Shown here one piece after another: positions 9,306 to 19,259 of a stretch of 64,000 nucleotides of DNA (position 1 is its first letter; every line of letters starts with the position of its first letter). The stretch is from Eubacteriales bacterium (GTDB taxonomy: Bacteria; Bacillota; Clostridia; Oscillospirales; CAG-272). The notes below the pieces were generated by a model. It did not search any database. It was not told where the DNA came from and worked only from the letters and a program-made list of their open reading frames with translations. The position numbers and the translations under genes were made by a program. The stretch spans positions 272 through 64,271 of the forward strand of contig JBGVPV010000067.1 in NCBI GenBank assembly GCA_045127215.1, in the 5' to 3' direction.

Positions 9306-9433
9306 CCGCGATAAATTGGCTCGCAAACCCACCCGACGCAAAGCGTCGGCGCGGGCAACGTTTGCCGATTTGCGTAGCAAATGACGGACTTTGTCCGTCA
9401 AGACAAACTTGCCGATTCGCTTCAGCGAATCCT

Positions 9434-9499
9434 GTTCAAGTACGTCCCGTTTCTCGTAGTAAAACAAAAGGACACCAATTGGTGTCCTTTTGCTTTGCC
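9434..9499 (+). repeat. Degenerate direct copy of the tRNA-Leu 3' end plus its terminator (att-like scar)
   Basis: Copy B, gttcaagtacgtcccgtttctcgtagtaaaacaaaaggacaccaattggtgtccttttgctttgcc, aligns with copy A at 9245-9307 (gttcaagtcccgtttctcgcaccaaaacaaaaggacaccaataggtgtcctttttgttttgcc). Confidence 0.8.
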
Positions 9500-9625
9500 T
9501 GTTTTTATTCTTAGTTTACGTCAAATAAAGACAATCGTTCTATTGACAAATTCTCGTTTTTGTGCTAATATATATTTATCTGACGATTTATAAAAAATAC
9601 AAAAAAAGAAAATGGAAGTAACGTT

Positions 9626-11377
9626 ATGAAAAGAAAGTATTTGAGAGTAGTATGCGTGTTTGCAACATTACTCCTTGCGTTTGCAGCACTCGCATCCTGC
9701 AATAACTCAGGAGATGATCAATCGGATGATACACCAAAGAAGATCACCTACAATATTATAAATGACGGAAAGGGGGAGTTTTCGATGATATATCCCGATA
9801 ACGCAGAGCCCGAGCTTTCTGCTCGAGTTTCGGCACTTTGGAAGCACATTAAAGCAAAATACGGTGTTACTGTCAAGTCGGAGAGCGATTGGAGCGTGGA
9901 TAATGAGACAAACGAAACAGTTACTTCAGACTCGAGCGTTCACGAAATACTTATCGGAGATACTAACCGTGAGGAAAGCCGCTTGGTTGCCAAAGAATAT
10001 AAGGATCTGCGCGGATTTGTCGTAAAGGTCGTCAACGGAAAAATAGTCATATGGGGTAACGATCTTTTGCAGACACTTGAAGCAATTCAGTATTTTGAGG
10101 ACATCTTCCTTCAGTCTGATGCTCCTGCCATTGACGAGGACTTTTGCTTTGTCCACGACATGAGCGAGTACGGTTCAATAAGCTACATCCTCGCTAATGA
10201 GTTTTCTGTAACTTACTCTCAGGAACGCAGCAGCCGTGAGCTTATGAGCGCAAGATCGTTGGCAAAATATCTTCAGGGTATCACGGGAACAAAGCCTGTA
10301 ACGCATTCCGATGCAGGTGAGATCATAGGCAAGGAAATACTTATCGGCGCTACTAACAGAGAACAGTCGATTGAGATCGATAAAACGCTTAATTATATGG
10401 ACTATTACGTCAAGGTATCCTCCGACTGCGTAGTCCTTATCGGCGGAAGCCCTTTGGCGACTGAGAGTGCGGTCAATCATTTCAAGAACGCTATTGAGAC
10501 CGGCGAGATAACTTCGCTTTATCAGGGATACGAATACAGCTTTGATTTTGATCTTTATATCAAGGATTCGTTGATGTATAATGTAGATTCCTTCGTTCCC
10601 GTATGGGCAAACAATTTTACCGTTCCCGAGTGGCTTACGGATTTTGATGAAAAGCTGTACGCTATGACCTGCCCGACAGGCAGACTTGTGGGAGACGCTC
10701 ACCGTGGAGATACACAGCATTACCCTGAAAACTCTCTCCCCGCTATCCTCAGCGCAATTATGCTTGGTGCGGATTCTGTGGAGATCGATATCAGACTTAC
10801 CAAGGATAACATAATGGTGCTTTTGCACGACGAACATCTTAAGCGTGCAACTAACTGGAATGAAATGCGAGGCAAGAACGGTCTGCCGACCTCTGAGAAA
10901 GTTAGTGACTGGACTTATGAGCAGCTTCTTCAGTTGAATCTTATGCACAACGGTAATGTTACCGAGTATAAGATCGCTACTGTTTACGAGGCGGTAAGCT
11001 TATTCGATGGACGCACTCAGATACACTTTGACTGTAAGGATGAGTCAATAGACAAGAATTCGGATGTTTATTTGCTTGCTGAGGAGCTTGACGTCAAGGA
11101 GTGCTTTATATACTATTACGGAATAGATACTATGAAGCAGTGGGTATCCTATAACCCCGAAGACACCGAGTTTGAGAAAATAGTTAATAGAGTTAGCGGC
11201 TATCTCGAGCTTCCCGATCATGCTTTGCGTAATCGTAAATTTGAGCTTATTGCTTTGTACGGCGATCATGCTGAAGGATGGCATAAGCAGTACAGTCTCG
11301 GATATAAGATGGTATTTACCAACAAGATCTATGATTTTTGCCGTTACGTTGCTAAAAACCAATCCCCCATTGTTTAG
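9626..11377 (+). CDS. Lipoprotein with C-terminal glycerophosphodiester phosphodiesterase (GDPD) domain
   Basis: Lipobox LAFAALASC. The C-terminal part has the GDPD signature (HRGDTQHYPENSLPAILSAIMLGADSVEIDIRLTKDNIMVLLHDEHL). The ~330-aa N-terminal region was not recognised. Confidence 0.7.
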   Translation: MKRKYLRVVCVFATLLLAFAALASCNNSGDDQSDDTPKKITYNIINDGKGEFSMIYPDNAEPELSARVSALWKHIKAKYGVTVKSESDWSVDNETNETVTSDSSVHEILIGDTNREESRLVAKEYKDLRGFVVKVVNGKIVIWGNDLLQTLEAIQYFEDIFLQSDAPAIDEDFCFVHDMSEYGSISYILANEFSVTYSQERSSRELMSARSLAKYLQGITGTKPVTHSDAGEIIGKEILIGATNREQSIEIDKTLNYMDYYVKVSSDCVVLIGGSPLATESAVNHFKNAIETGEITSLYQGYEYSFDFDLYIKDSLMYNVDSFVPVWANNFTVPEWLTDFDEKLYAMTCPTGRLVGDAHRGDTQHYPENSLPAILSAIMLGADSVEIDIRLTKDNIMVLLHDEHLKRATNWNEMRGKNGLPTSEKVSDWTYEQLLQLNLMHNGNVTEYKIATVYEAVSLFDGRTQIHFDCKDESIDKNSDVYLLAEELDVKECFIYYYGIDTMKQWVSYNPEDTEFEKIVNRVSGYLELPDHALRNRKFELIALYGDHAEGWHKQYSLGYKMVFTNKIYDFCRYVAKNQSPIV

Positions 11378-11429
11378 TCGGGCTAAAGGCAATTCAACGA
11401 AAGGTTTATAGCATTCAACTTTCAGTTGC

Positions 11430-11458
11430 TTGACAGCACCCGAATCGAGTGTTATAAT
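11430..11458 (+). promoter_or_regulatory. Consensus sigma-A promoter
   Basis: TTGACA (11430-11435), 17-nt spacer, TATAAT (11453-11458). Confidence 0.6.
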
Positions 11459-11490
11459 AGCGTTGTAATCATTGTTTTGGAGGTTGCCTT

Positions 11491-12078
11491 ATGAAAAATC
11501 AAAACGTGGCAGAGAAGTATCTGACTCAGAAAAAGACGGGGGCGCTGGAGATCATATTTGCCGTTATAACCGCAATAGGCGCGCTGCTGTTTTTTATGCA
11601 CTGGAGATATTACGGCGTTCCTGCGCTTGCTGTGGGTATCGGCGGACTGATATTTACCAACGCCGCAAAGATCAAGGATGCCGAGTTTGACGGCCTGATA
11701 GACAGAATAATTATAGACAAGCGGATCGAGCTTCAAAAGGATAACGTTCTTCGTACCTTTGATGCTGAGAAAGAGCCGCGTGTGATCGGTAAGGATAAGT
11801 CTATACGTACTTCTACGTACTATATCGCGGAATTGAATTATAAAAAGAGTGAGGCTCAGATCACACTCCACGAATTTGATCTTTGTAAGATGGATGCTGT
11901 TACAAGGACAGTAAAGCTACCTTATGAGTGTCACGTGGAGCTCGTTGAGAGTGAGATGATGACGGATATAGGCAGAAAGAAGCTTTATCACATCGTATGC
12001 GAGGAGCAATCATTCAGAATTCCCGTCGAAACGGATTCGATCGACGTCGATAATTTCATTTCTCATTTTAATAAATAA
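11491..12078 (+). CDS. Hypothetical protein with two N-terminal TM helices
   Basis: ATG start after GGAGG. Two hydrophobic segments are followed by a soluble domain. No motif recognised. Confidence 0.5.
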   Translation: MKNQNVAEKYLTQKKTGALEIIFAVITAIGALLFFMHWRYYGVPALAVGIGGLIFTNAAKIKDAEFDGLIDRIIIDKRIELQKDNVLRTFDAEKEPRVIGKDKSIRTSTYYIAELNYKKSEAQITLHEFDLCKMDAVTRTVKLPYECHVELVESEMMTDIGRKKLYHIVCEEQSFRIPVETDSIDVDNFISHFNK

Positions 12079-12079
12079 C

Positions 12080-12114
12080 AAAATGGCTGTTGCATACGCA
12101 ACAGCCATTTTTTG
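12080..12114. terminator. Bidirectional terminator
   Basis: aaaatggctgttgc, loop atac, gcaacagccatttt, with an A-run and T-run on either side. Confidence 0.8.
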
Positions 12115-12135
12115 TGGGGATAATCAGCCCTGTTT

Positions 12136-12339
12136 TTATTTATCCTTCTTTAAGCTCTTTCTTGAACCGTCGGGATACTGTATAACAGTGTTATCAAGCA
12201 TCGCACCGAATGAAGCACGTATCTCGTTGATATACTCTTGACGGAGCTCTGCCTGCTCTTGCTTTTCCGCGGGAGTCAGCTCCTCGGTCTTGGATTTTTT
12301 AGCAAGCTCGTTTATTCTGTCCAGCTTCTGCTTTTCCAT
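12136..12339 (-). CDS. DUF896/UPF0291 family small protein (YnzC-like)
   Basis: 67 aa. INELAKKSKTEELTPAEKQEQAELRQEYI is the typical DUF896 helical-hairpin sequence. Confidence 0.75.
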   Translation of the reverse strand: MEKQKLDRINELAKKSKTEELTPAEKQEQAELRQEYINEIRASFGAMLDNTVIQYPDGSRKSLKKDK

Positions 12340-12343
12340 AGGG

Positions 12344-14734
12344 TTATCCTCTCAGAGTAATGCCGAGCTGAGCTTCCATAGCCTTAAGTATCTTTGCGGC
12401 GCACTTTTCCGCTTCTTCAACGGTAAGTGTTCTGTCACTTGCGCGAAGAGTAACCCTGATGGAAACTGACTTCTTGTTTTCTCCGATCTGATGTCCTCTG
12501 TAAATATCAAAGAGAGAAACGTCCTCAACGAGCTTACCGCCTGCCTTCTTGACCTCAGCAAATACCGCGCCGACTTCAAGAGATTCCTCGCAAACGAATG
12601 AGAAGTCACGGGTCGTAGCAGGGTACTTGGGAAGAGGCGTGTAGATCTTGTTAGGATCCATAAGCGCGAATATCTCATCAAAATCAAGCTCTGCGGCGTA
12701 TACGGGTGTGTTTACGTCGTAGTTTTTGAGTGCGAGGGGATGGATTTCACCGAATACGCCGATGCACTTGTCACCTACGGTGATCTTTGCGCATCTGCCG
12801 GGGTGATAGGAAACGTTATCGCTGCAAGCGGTTACGGTGTAATTCTTGATCTGTGCGAGCGCGAGAATGTTCTCGCATACACCCTTTGTGGTGTAGAAAT
12901 CACAGTCGCCGTACATACCGAGTACGATAACCTTATTCTCATTGGGAAGCTTATCGGGTGTGGTGGGAATATATACGGTAGCAACCTCAAAGAGTTTGAC
13001 GTTCGTATTGTTGAAGTTATAGTTTCTCGCAAGAACCTCAAGCATGGAGGGAAGCGCAGTTGTTCTCATGATGCTTGTGTCCTCGCCAAGAGGATTGGAG
13101 ATCACGACGGAATTTCTGAGTGCGCTGTCAGCGGGAAGTCTTACCTTGTCGTAGTACTTGGGGCTGATGAAGGAGAATGTCTCTATCTGATTGAGTCCCA
13201 TACCGCACATAGCGTTTTCAACGTCAACCTCAAATTTTTGCTTGGGTGTGCGTCCGCCCTGCGTGGTCTCACCCTTGATCTGACTCGAGGTGATGCGGTT
13301 ATAGCCGTAAATTCTCGCGATCTCCTCGGCGATATCGTTCATACATCCAAGGTCAGCGCGGAATGAGGGAACGGTGATCGTGCCGTCAGAAACCTTGCAC
13401 TCAAGTGTTTCAAGGATCTTTATCATTTCATCGGCAGGAACGTCTGTGCCAAGGAAATTGTTGATAACCGCGGGGTTGAAGGGAAGTGTTGTGGGCGCCT
13501 GTTTGCCGGGATATACGTCAATAAACTCATTTACAACGTCACCGGCACCGAGAAGCTCAACAAGCTCGCATGCGCGCTCAAGACCTGCATAGCAGTTCTC
13601 GGGATCAAGTCCTTTTTCAAATCTCGCAGAGCTTTCGGTACGCATACCGTTTTTCTTAGCGGTTACTCTTACGGAAGAACCGAGGAAGCAAGCGGACTCA
13701 AAAACTACGGTAGTAGTGCTGTCCTTTATCTCGCTGTTTGCTCCACCCATAACACCTGCCAAAGCAACTGCCTTTTTGCCGTCGGCAATAACCAGCATGG
13801 AGTTGTCAAGCGTGTGCTTCTGATCGTCAAGAGACATAAACTCTTCGCCGTCAGCTGCTCTGCGTACGATGATCGAGGAGTCGTCAAGGCAAGCGTAATC
13901 AAATGCGTGCATAGGCTGACCGTACTCAAGCATAACGTAGTTGGTTATATCAACGATATTGTTGATAGGACGAACGCCGCTTGCGCGGAGTCTCATACGC
14001 AACCAAAGGGGAGAAGGAGCGATCTTAACGTTCTTTACCACTCTCGCCATATATCTCTGGCAGAGCTCGGGAGCGTCTATTTTAACGGAGAGATGATTAC
14101 TTACGGTGTCGCCGTCGTTCGTGCCCTTAACTGTGGGCGTGGGGAGCTTGAATTCTCTGCCAAAGGAAACGGCGCTCTCACGCGCAAGACCTATAACGGA
14201 GAGACAGTCGGGACGGTTAGAGGTGATCTCAAACTCAACGACGGTGTCCTTGAGAAGAAGCGCATCTCTTATGTCCATACCGAGCTTGTCTGCATATTCA
14301 TCGTCAAGAATGAGTATGCCGTTGGGCTCCTTGCCGGGCATATCGTGCTCGGTAAGCTCAAGCTCGCCGATAGAGCAGAGCATTCCGTTTGATTCAACGC
14401 CACGGAGCTTGCCTGCCTTGATAACTACGTCGCCGGGGAGCTTTGCCACGGGAATAGCCGCGGGAACGATAGCGCCCTCAAATACGTTTTGCGCGCCGGT
14501 TACTATCTGTACTACCTCAGAACCGATATCCACCTGACAGATCTGCAGGTGATCGCTGTTTTCGTGAGGAGTGATCTTTAATATTTTTGCAACGACTACG
14601 TTTTCTATGTTTGCACCAAGCTCTTCAAAGCACTCAACCTTAGAGCCCGTGTCAGTCATTCTGTCGCAGTAATCCTTTGAGGATATATCGCTTACGTCAA
14701 CGAAGTCGGAAAGCCAATTTCTTGATAAATTCAT
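12344..14734 (-). CDS. pheT: Phenylalanine--tRNA ligase beta subunit
   Basis: 796 aa. It has the tRNA-binding N-domain (MNLSRNWLSDFVD...), B3/4 and B5 regions, and an FDX-ACB C-terminus. It lies directly downstream of pheS. Confidence 0.95.
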   Translation of the reverse strand: MNLSRNWLSDFVDVSDISSKDYCDRMTDTGSKVECFEELGANIENVVVAKILKITPHENSDHLQICQVDIGSEVVQIVTGAQNVFEGAIVPAAIPVAKLPGDVVIKAGKLRGVESNGMLCSIGELELTEHDMPGKEPNGILILDDEYADKLGMDIRDALLLKDTVVEFEITSNRPDCLSVIGLARESAVSFGREFKLPTPTVKGTNDGDTVSNHLSVKIDAPELCQRYMARVVKNVKIAPSPLWLRMRLRASGVRPINNIVDITNYVMLEYGQPMHAFDYACLDDSSIIVRRAADGEEFMSLDDQKHTLDNSMLVIADGKKAVALAGVMGGANSEIKDSTTTVVFESACFLGSSVRVTAKKNGMRTESSARFEKGLDPENCYAGLERACELVELLGAGDVVNEFIDVYPGKQAPTTLPFNPAVINNFLGTDVPADEMIKILETLECKVSDGTITVPSFRADLGCMNDIAEEIARIYGYNRITSSQIKGETTQGGRTPKQKFEVDVENAMCGMGLNQIETFSFISPKYYDKVRLPADSALRNSVVISNPLGEDTSIMRTTALPSMLEVLARNYNFNNTNVKLFEVATVYIPTTPDKLPNENKVIVLGMYGDCDFYTTKGVCENILALAQIKNYTVTACSDNVSYHPGRCAKITVGDKCIGVFGEIHPLALKNYDVNTPVYAAELDFDEIFALMDPNKIYTPLPKYPATTRDFSFVCEESLEVGAVFAEVKKAGGKLVEDVSLFDIYRGHQIGENKKSVSIRVTLRASDRTLTVEEAEKCAAKILKAMEAQLGITLRG

Positions 14735-14759
14735 ATGTTAGACCTACCTTTCTACCAAA

Positions 14760-15773
14760 TCAGAACTGCTCGAGGAAACGGGTATCGTTTTCGTAGAGCA
14801 AACGCATATCGTCAATACCATAATACTTCATGGCAATTCTTTCAACGCCCATTCCAAATGCAAATCCGCTGTATTCTTCAGGGTCTATTCCGCAGTTGGA
14901 AAGAACGTAGGGGTGAACCATTCCCGCGCCGAGTATCTCGATCCAACCCTCGTTTTTACAAACGCGGCAACCGTTTCCGCCACAAACGAAGCAAGAAACG
15001 TCAACCTCAGCGGAGGGCTCTGTGAACGGGAAGTGGTGGGGACGGAAGCGGAGCTTGGTATTGTTGCCAAAGAGTGTCTTTGCAAAGGTTTCAAGCATAC
15101 CCTTGAGGTCGCCCATAGTAATGCCCTTATCTACAACGAGACCTTCGATCTGATGGAAAAGGGGAGAGTGAGTAGCGTCAACCGCATCGGAACGGTAAAC
15201 GCGACCGGGAGAGATTATTCTTATCGGAGGCTTCTGATGCTCCATAGTTCTTACCTGAACGGGAGATGTCTGAGAACGGAGAAGAATGTTCTCGGTGATA
15301 TAGAAGGTATCCTGTGTGTCGCGTGCCGGGTGATTCTCGGGAATGTTAAGCGCCTGGAAGTTGTAGTAGTCGTATTCAACCTCAGGGCCTTCTGCGATGG
15401 AGAAGCCCATTCCTATGAATATGTCCTCGATGGTTCTCTGTACCTGGATAAGGGGATGAAGCTTACCGGGAGCAGAAACCTTGGCAGGCATGGTTACGTC
15501 AATTTTCTCGGATATCAATCTCTTTTCAAGCTCTGCGTTTTGCTGAGCCTCTGCCTTGACCTTGAGGGATGCCTCAATTTCCGCGCGAACTTCGTTGGCA
15601 ACCTGTCCGATAATAGGTCTTTCCTCCGCAGTGAGCGCGCCCATTCCGCGCAAAACGGCAGTCAGCTCGCCCTTTTTACCAAGGTATTGGATTCTGATCT
15701 GCTCAAGATCTGCGCCATCAGCCTCGATAGCGGCAAGTGCCTGAGCTTTAATGCTTTGAAGCTTTTCTTTCAT
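14760..15773 (-). CDS. pheS: Phenylalanine--tRNA ligase alpha subunit
   Basis: 337 aa. Class II aaRS motifs are present ([41 protein letters not shown]). Confidence 0.95.
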   Translation of the reverse strand: MKEKLQSIKAQALAAIEADGADLEQIRIQYLGKKGELTAVLRGMGALTAEERPIIGQVANEVRAEIEASLKVKAEAQQNAELEKRLISEKIDVTMPAKVSAPGKLHPLIQVQRTIEDIFIGMGFSIAEGPEVEYDYYNFQALNIPENHPARDTQDTFYITENILLRSQTSPVQVRTMEHQKPPIRIISPGRVYRSDAVDATHSPLFHQIEGLVVDKGITMGDLKGMLETFAKTLFGNNTKLRFRPHHFPFTEPSAEVDVSCFVCGGNGCRVCKNEGWIEILGAGMVHPYVLSNCGIDPEEYSGFAFGMGVERIAMKYYGIDDMRLLYENDTRFLEQF

Positions 15774-15820
15774 TGCAATCGTCCTTTCAAAATATATGAT
15801 AATTTAATTTTGATATTTAT

Positions 15821-16080
15821 AAAAAATAACCCCGTCCTACAAACATAGGACGGGGTAAAATACTCCGCGGTACCACCTAAATTTCGCGCCAAAGACGCGA
15901 CACTTAAACGAATAACGGCTCGTAACCGGATCTTACTAATTGCACGGGCGTTCACAAGACCTGCTCCGAAGTGAAATGCAATTTTTTCTATCCGTACTCG
16001 CTTCCAGCCGTGGCGAGCTCTCTGTTACGGAAGTGCGAAAAAAAGCTATCTTCATCAACGCATTTGAATATTAAAACATC
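15821..16080 (-). promoter_or_regulatory. T-box riboswitch leader of pheST (Phe specifier likely)
   Basis: The minus strand carries AATTTAGGTGGTACCGCGG (15865-15883) and the stem I elements CAGAGAGC...GGCTGGAAGC. A candidate specifier UUC followed by A lies in GCATTTCAC. The terminator is ccccgtcct/aggacgggg plus a T-run (15821-15856). Confidence 0.85.
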
Positions 16081-16087
16081 ATTAAAT

Positions 16088-16116
16088 ATTATAACACAAA
16101 CATTGCGGTTTTGCAA
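16088..16116 (-). promoter_or_regulatory. Sigma-A-type promoter of the pheST leader
   Basis: The minus strand reads TTGCAA, 17-nt spacer, TATAAT. Confidence 0.55.
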
Positions 16117-16136
16117 TAGATTTTTACATTTTTTTA

Positions 16137-16178
16137 TAAAAAATAGAGGCTGTCTCAAATTTGCATTTGAGACAGCCT
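16137..16178 (-). terminator. Rho-independent terminator of the solute-binding-protein gene
   Basis: A 14-bp stem, aggctgtctcaaat with atttgagacagcct (16147-16178), followed by a T-run on the minus strand. Confidence 0.8.
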
Positions 16179-16189
16179 GATAAAAAGCA

Positions 16190-18127
16190 TTAGTCTTCTT
16201 TTTCCTCTGCAGGAATGTAGAGCTCATAGTTCTTGAGCTTGGTATCGGTGAATACGAACGTGCCGTAGTACGTTGTCTTTACCTTGGAAAGATCCTTGCT
16301 CTGGAGATATGCATTCTGGTTGAATACGATCGGTATCACGGGGAGATCTTCCATCAGTATCTTTTCAGCATCGTGAAGAATGGAAGCGCGAGCTTCGATA
16401 TCCTTCTGCTTGAATGCTTCTTCTATCTTTGCGTTATATGCCTCGCTGTTGTATCCGGAAATATGTGCGGGGATCTCAAAGGAGGTGCTGTTAAGGCTAG
16501 AAGCCGCGCCGCCTGTGAAGCATTTAGCAAAGGGAGCAAGTACGCCGAATGCATCGGCAGAGATTGCAACGTAGTCGATAGCGGCTACTTCAAAGAGACC
16601 TGCGCGATAGCTTTCTGCCCATATATCATCACGGATATCCTTGGGAGTTTCATCAATGGTCTTCATGTAGTCGTCATTTTCGATAACTTCAATAGGATTG
16701 ATGCAAACGTGAAGTCCGAGAGTTTCCCAAGCTGCCGCAACCATCTCTGCAATCGCCATGTGAACATCGTCGTATGCAGCAACGGAAATAGTGAACATAT
16801 ATTCCTTGTTTCCGAGTGCATTCTTAATGAGTGTCTGAGCTTCAGCAATCTGCGAAGCATTTCCACCGGAAATAAGATCGCCACCGATCTCACGGAAGAG
16901 ATCTGCCTTTGAGAAGAGTCCGCCCTTACCGTCGGTGTCAAATACACCGTAGGGAACGAGTCCCGTAGCCGCGCGAGCGAAAACTACCTTTTCAGCGATT
17001 GCGTTACGGTCGATGACCATAGACATTGCTTTTCTTACGTCGGGATTAGCGAAGATCTTATCTCCGTCAACGCCCTCAACGAGAACTCTGTCCTCGATCT
17101 TGTCGCTCTTCTTATCAGCGGGAGCGAGACAGTTGGTTATGTATGCGGTCTGGTCTTTTGCAAGGCTATTGAATCCCGATGCGGAGTAATACTCTATTAC
17201 AGCGTTCTGGTTAAGAACGTAGGTGTGAGTGCTCATAGCATCGCTCACCTTTGCCTTATCCTTGTACTGACCTCTTACAGAAAGCGGGATATCGCCAACG
17301 AAGAAGAGCTTACCTTCGTTGTAAGCCGCCATTATCTGCTCATCATTCATGGTGTAGTTGATGATGATTCTGTAAGGTCTTACGCTCTCATCAACGTCAT
17401 CCTTTTCGATGTCGCGGTAGTAGTAGGGATTTCTCTCGAGAGTGATATGCTCGTCGCCTGCCTTGTAGGAAACCTCTCTGAGTCTGAAAGGACCGCTGGA
17501 GCAAATGGTTGCAGGCTTCTTAGCCCAGTCAGCAGTCTTGGACACGATATCCTCACGGATCGGAGCAAGAGCGTAGCTGGAGATCTTGATCAAGAACTGA
17601 TCGTAGTCTATCTTTTCTTCGAAGAGGATTCTTATCTGCTTCTCGTTGATAGCGCTTATAGCAACGTCGTCAATAGAAACGTCGCCTTCCTTAGCGGCAC
17701 GCGCATTCTTTATGTCAAAGAGAAGAGAAGCGGCTTCAAAGGAGCTGTCAGACTGGAGAACGCGGGTCCATGCAAAATAAACGTCATTTGCGGTGATCGC
17801 GGTACCGTCAGTCCAGCAGGTATCCTGAAGTGTTATTATCATCTCGTATTCTTTTGTGTTATCATCTTCGCGGATAGTGTAATCCTTAGCCAAGGATTTT
17901 TTTACTTTTCCGTCATCGTCGAGAACGAAGAGATTGTCGAATACAAGGCTTACTATCTTGAGTGCGGATTCATTTCCGAATGCATACGCGGGATCAAGAT
18001 CATAGATCTGATCGGTGAGATACATATCGATATAAGCACCCAGATCGTCTTCGTCTTTTGCACAACCCGCGAATACGGATGCAACAATAAGCAAGCACAG
18101 GGTCAAAGAAATAATTCTTTTGATCAT
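16190..18127 (-). CDS. ABC transporter substrate-binding lipoprotein, family 5 (peptide/nickel, OppA-like); no permease or ATPase genes adjacent
   Basis: Lipobox VFAGC. At 645 aa its length and sequence are typical of SBP family 5 (LFDNLFVLDDDGKVKKSLAKDY...). Confidence 0.7.
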   Translation of the reverse strand: MIKRIISLTLCLLIVASVFAGCAKDEDDLGAYIDMYLTDQIYDLDPAYAFGNESALKIVSLVFDNLFVLDDDGKVKKSLAKDYTIREDDNTKEYEMIITLQDTCWTDGTAITANDVYFAWTRVLQSDSSFEAASLLFDIKNARAAKEGDVSIDDVAISAINEKQIRILFEEKIDYDQFLIKISSYALAPIREDIVSKTADWAKKPATICSSGPFRLREVSYKAGDEHITLERNPYYYRDIEKDDVDESVRPYRIIINYTMNDEQIMAAYNEGKLFFVGDIPLSVRGQYKDKAKVSDAMSTHTYVLNQNAVIEYYSASGFNSLAKDQTAYITNCLAPADKKSDKIEDRVLVEGVDGDKIFANPDVRKAMSMVIDRNAIAEKVVFARAATGLVPYGVFDTDGKGGLFSKADLFREIGGDLISGGNASQIAEAQTLIKNALGNKEYMFTISVAAYDDVHMAIAEMVAAAWETLGLHVCINPIEVIENDDYMKTIDETPKDIRDDIWAESYRAGLFEVAAIDYVAISADAFGVLAPFAKCFTGGAASSLNSTSFEIPAHISGYNSEAYNAKIEEAFKQKDIEARASILHDAEKILMEDLPVIPIVFNQNAYLQSKDLSKVKTTYYGTFVFTDTKLKNYELYIPAEEKED

Positions 18128-18306
18128 GGATAGGGATCCTCCTATAGGTAAAAACTATTAGTCACAATTATGGACTTTACTCATAGTATTATAACATTTT
18201 TCTTCTATAAAATCAATGAAAAATAATATAAGATTTTAATATTTGGCTAAGTGCACAATTGTGAGGGTGCTGCATTGTATGTTTTGTCAAGAATAAAGGG
18301 GTTTTT

Positions 18307-19194
18307 ATGGAAAAATATCTTACAAGTAATCTCGTGATGGAGAGCTCTTCGATAAAAAAATCATTTTTATCTGAAACAGACAGAGATTTTTATTCGAGTG
18401 AGATTCGCGGTGGAGTCGAAATATGCCGCTTGAAGATACGTGATGATGAAGATAAAAAGCGGACCGGAATAGACATAGGCAGCTATACGACGATATATAC
18501 ACAGCCTATCACAAGCTACGGCGAGAGCGAGCTTGAAGGCATTTCGGAAATAGTGGCAGACGAGCTTATGCGACTGATATCGGTGCAGCCTAATGAAAAA
18601 AATAAAAGGCTGAGAGTTCTCGTCGTGGGGCTTGGGAACAGGGAGATCACTTCGGATTCTTTAGGCGTCAGGACGGTAGACGTTTTAAACGTTACGAGGC
18701 ACGTCGAATTGCTTGACGAAAAAATGTTTTTGGCTACACGTTCTAATTCCGTTTGTGCAATTGCCTGCGGCGTGCTGGGGAAAACGGGGATCGAAACGCT
18801 TGAGATCCTGCGTGGGATAGTATCACAGATATCTCCCGACGTCATTGTTGCCGTTGATGCCTTAGCGGCTCGTGAGCACGGAAGGCTTGTATCGGTGATC
18901 CAGCTATCCGACGCGGGAATAGTGCCGGGGGCAGGGATAGGTAACAGACGCGACGAGCTGAGCGCGCGAACGCTCGATGTCCCCGTGATATCGATAGGAG
19001 TTCCCACGGTGATCTCGGCGGCGACGTTTGTGTGCGATAGCTTTGAAAAATGCGGTATTTCCAAAATTGACGCAAAGGCAGAGCGGACGCTGAAGGAGCT
19101 CGGCACTCTTTTTGTCACGCCTAAGGATTGCGATGCCCTTGTGAAGACTTGTTCAGATCTTTTGGCGCGATCGATTGAAGCGGCGCTGATGTAA
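18307..19194 (+). CDS. gpr: GPR endopeptidase (spore germination protease, peptidase A25)
   Basis: VLVVGLGNREITSDSLG, IVAVDALAAREHGRL, and IQLSDAGIVPGAGIGNRR...DVPVISIGVPTV match the GPR family as I remember it. Confidence 0.85.
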   Translation: MEKYLTSNLVMESSSIKKSFLSETDRDFYSSEIRGGVEICRLKIRDDEDKKRTGIDIGSYTTIYTQPITSYGESELEGISEIVADELMRLISVQPNEKNKRLRVLVVGLGNREITSDSLGVRTVDVLNVTRHVELLDEKMFLATRSNSVCAIACGVLGKTGIETLEILRGIVSQISPDVIVAVDALAAREHGRLVSVIQLSDAGIVPGAGIGNRRDELSARTLDVPVISIGVPTVISAATFVCDSFEKCGISKIDAKAERTLKELGTLFVTPKDCDALVKTCSDLLARSIEAALM

Positions 19195-19259
19195 TAAAAA
19201 ATCCTTTTCGCAAATATATTGTTACTGACGTAGTATTTATTTTTGCGAAAGGATCGGAT

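Noticed and set aside
9308-9433. Hairpin-rich 126-bp segment after tRNA-Leu, considered as a second tRNA or small RNA gene
   Set aside because: I could not fold a cloverleaf. Only the downstream copy of the tRNA 3' end is present and no 5' half exists. It is treated as the insert between att-like repeats instead.
10175-10948. 257-aa ORF on the - strand
   Set aside because: It is antisense to the GDPD lipoprotein gene. Its composition is Cys/Arg/His-rich and junk-like.
14913-15848. 311-aa ORF on the + strand, plus 13814..14392 and 12740..13366
   Set aside because: These are shadow ORFs antisense to pheS and pheT.
15770-16227. Small ORFs (61-79 aa) on both strands upstream of pheS
   Set aside because: The region is fully explained by the pheST T-box leader, its promoter, and the terminator of the neighbouring lipoprotein gene.
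17225-18133. 302-aa ORF on the + strand
   Set aside because: It is antisense to the OppA-like lipoprotein gene.
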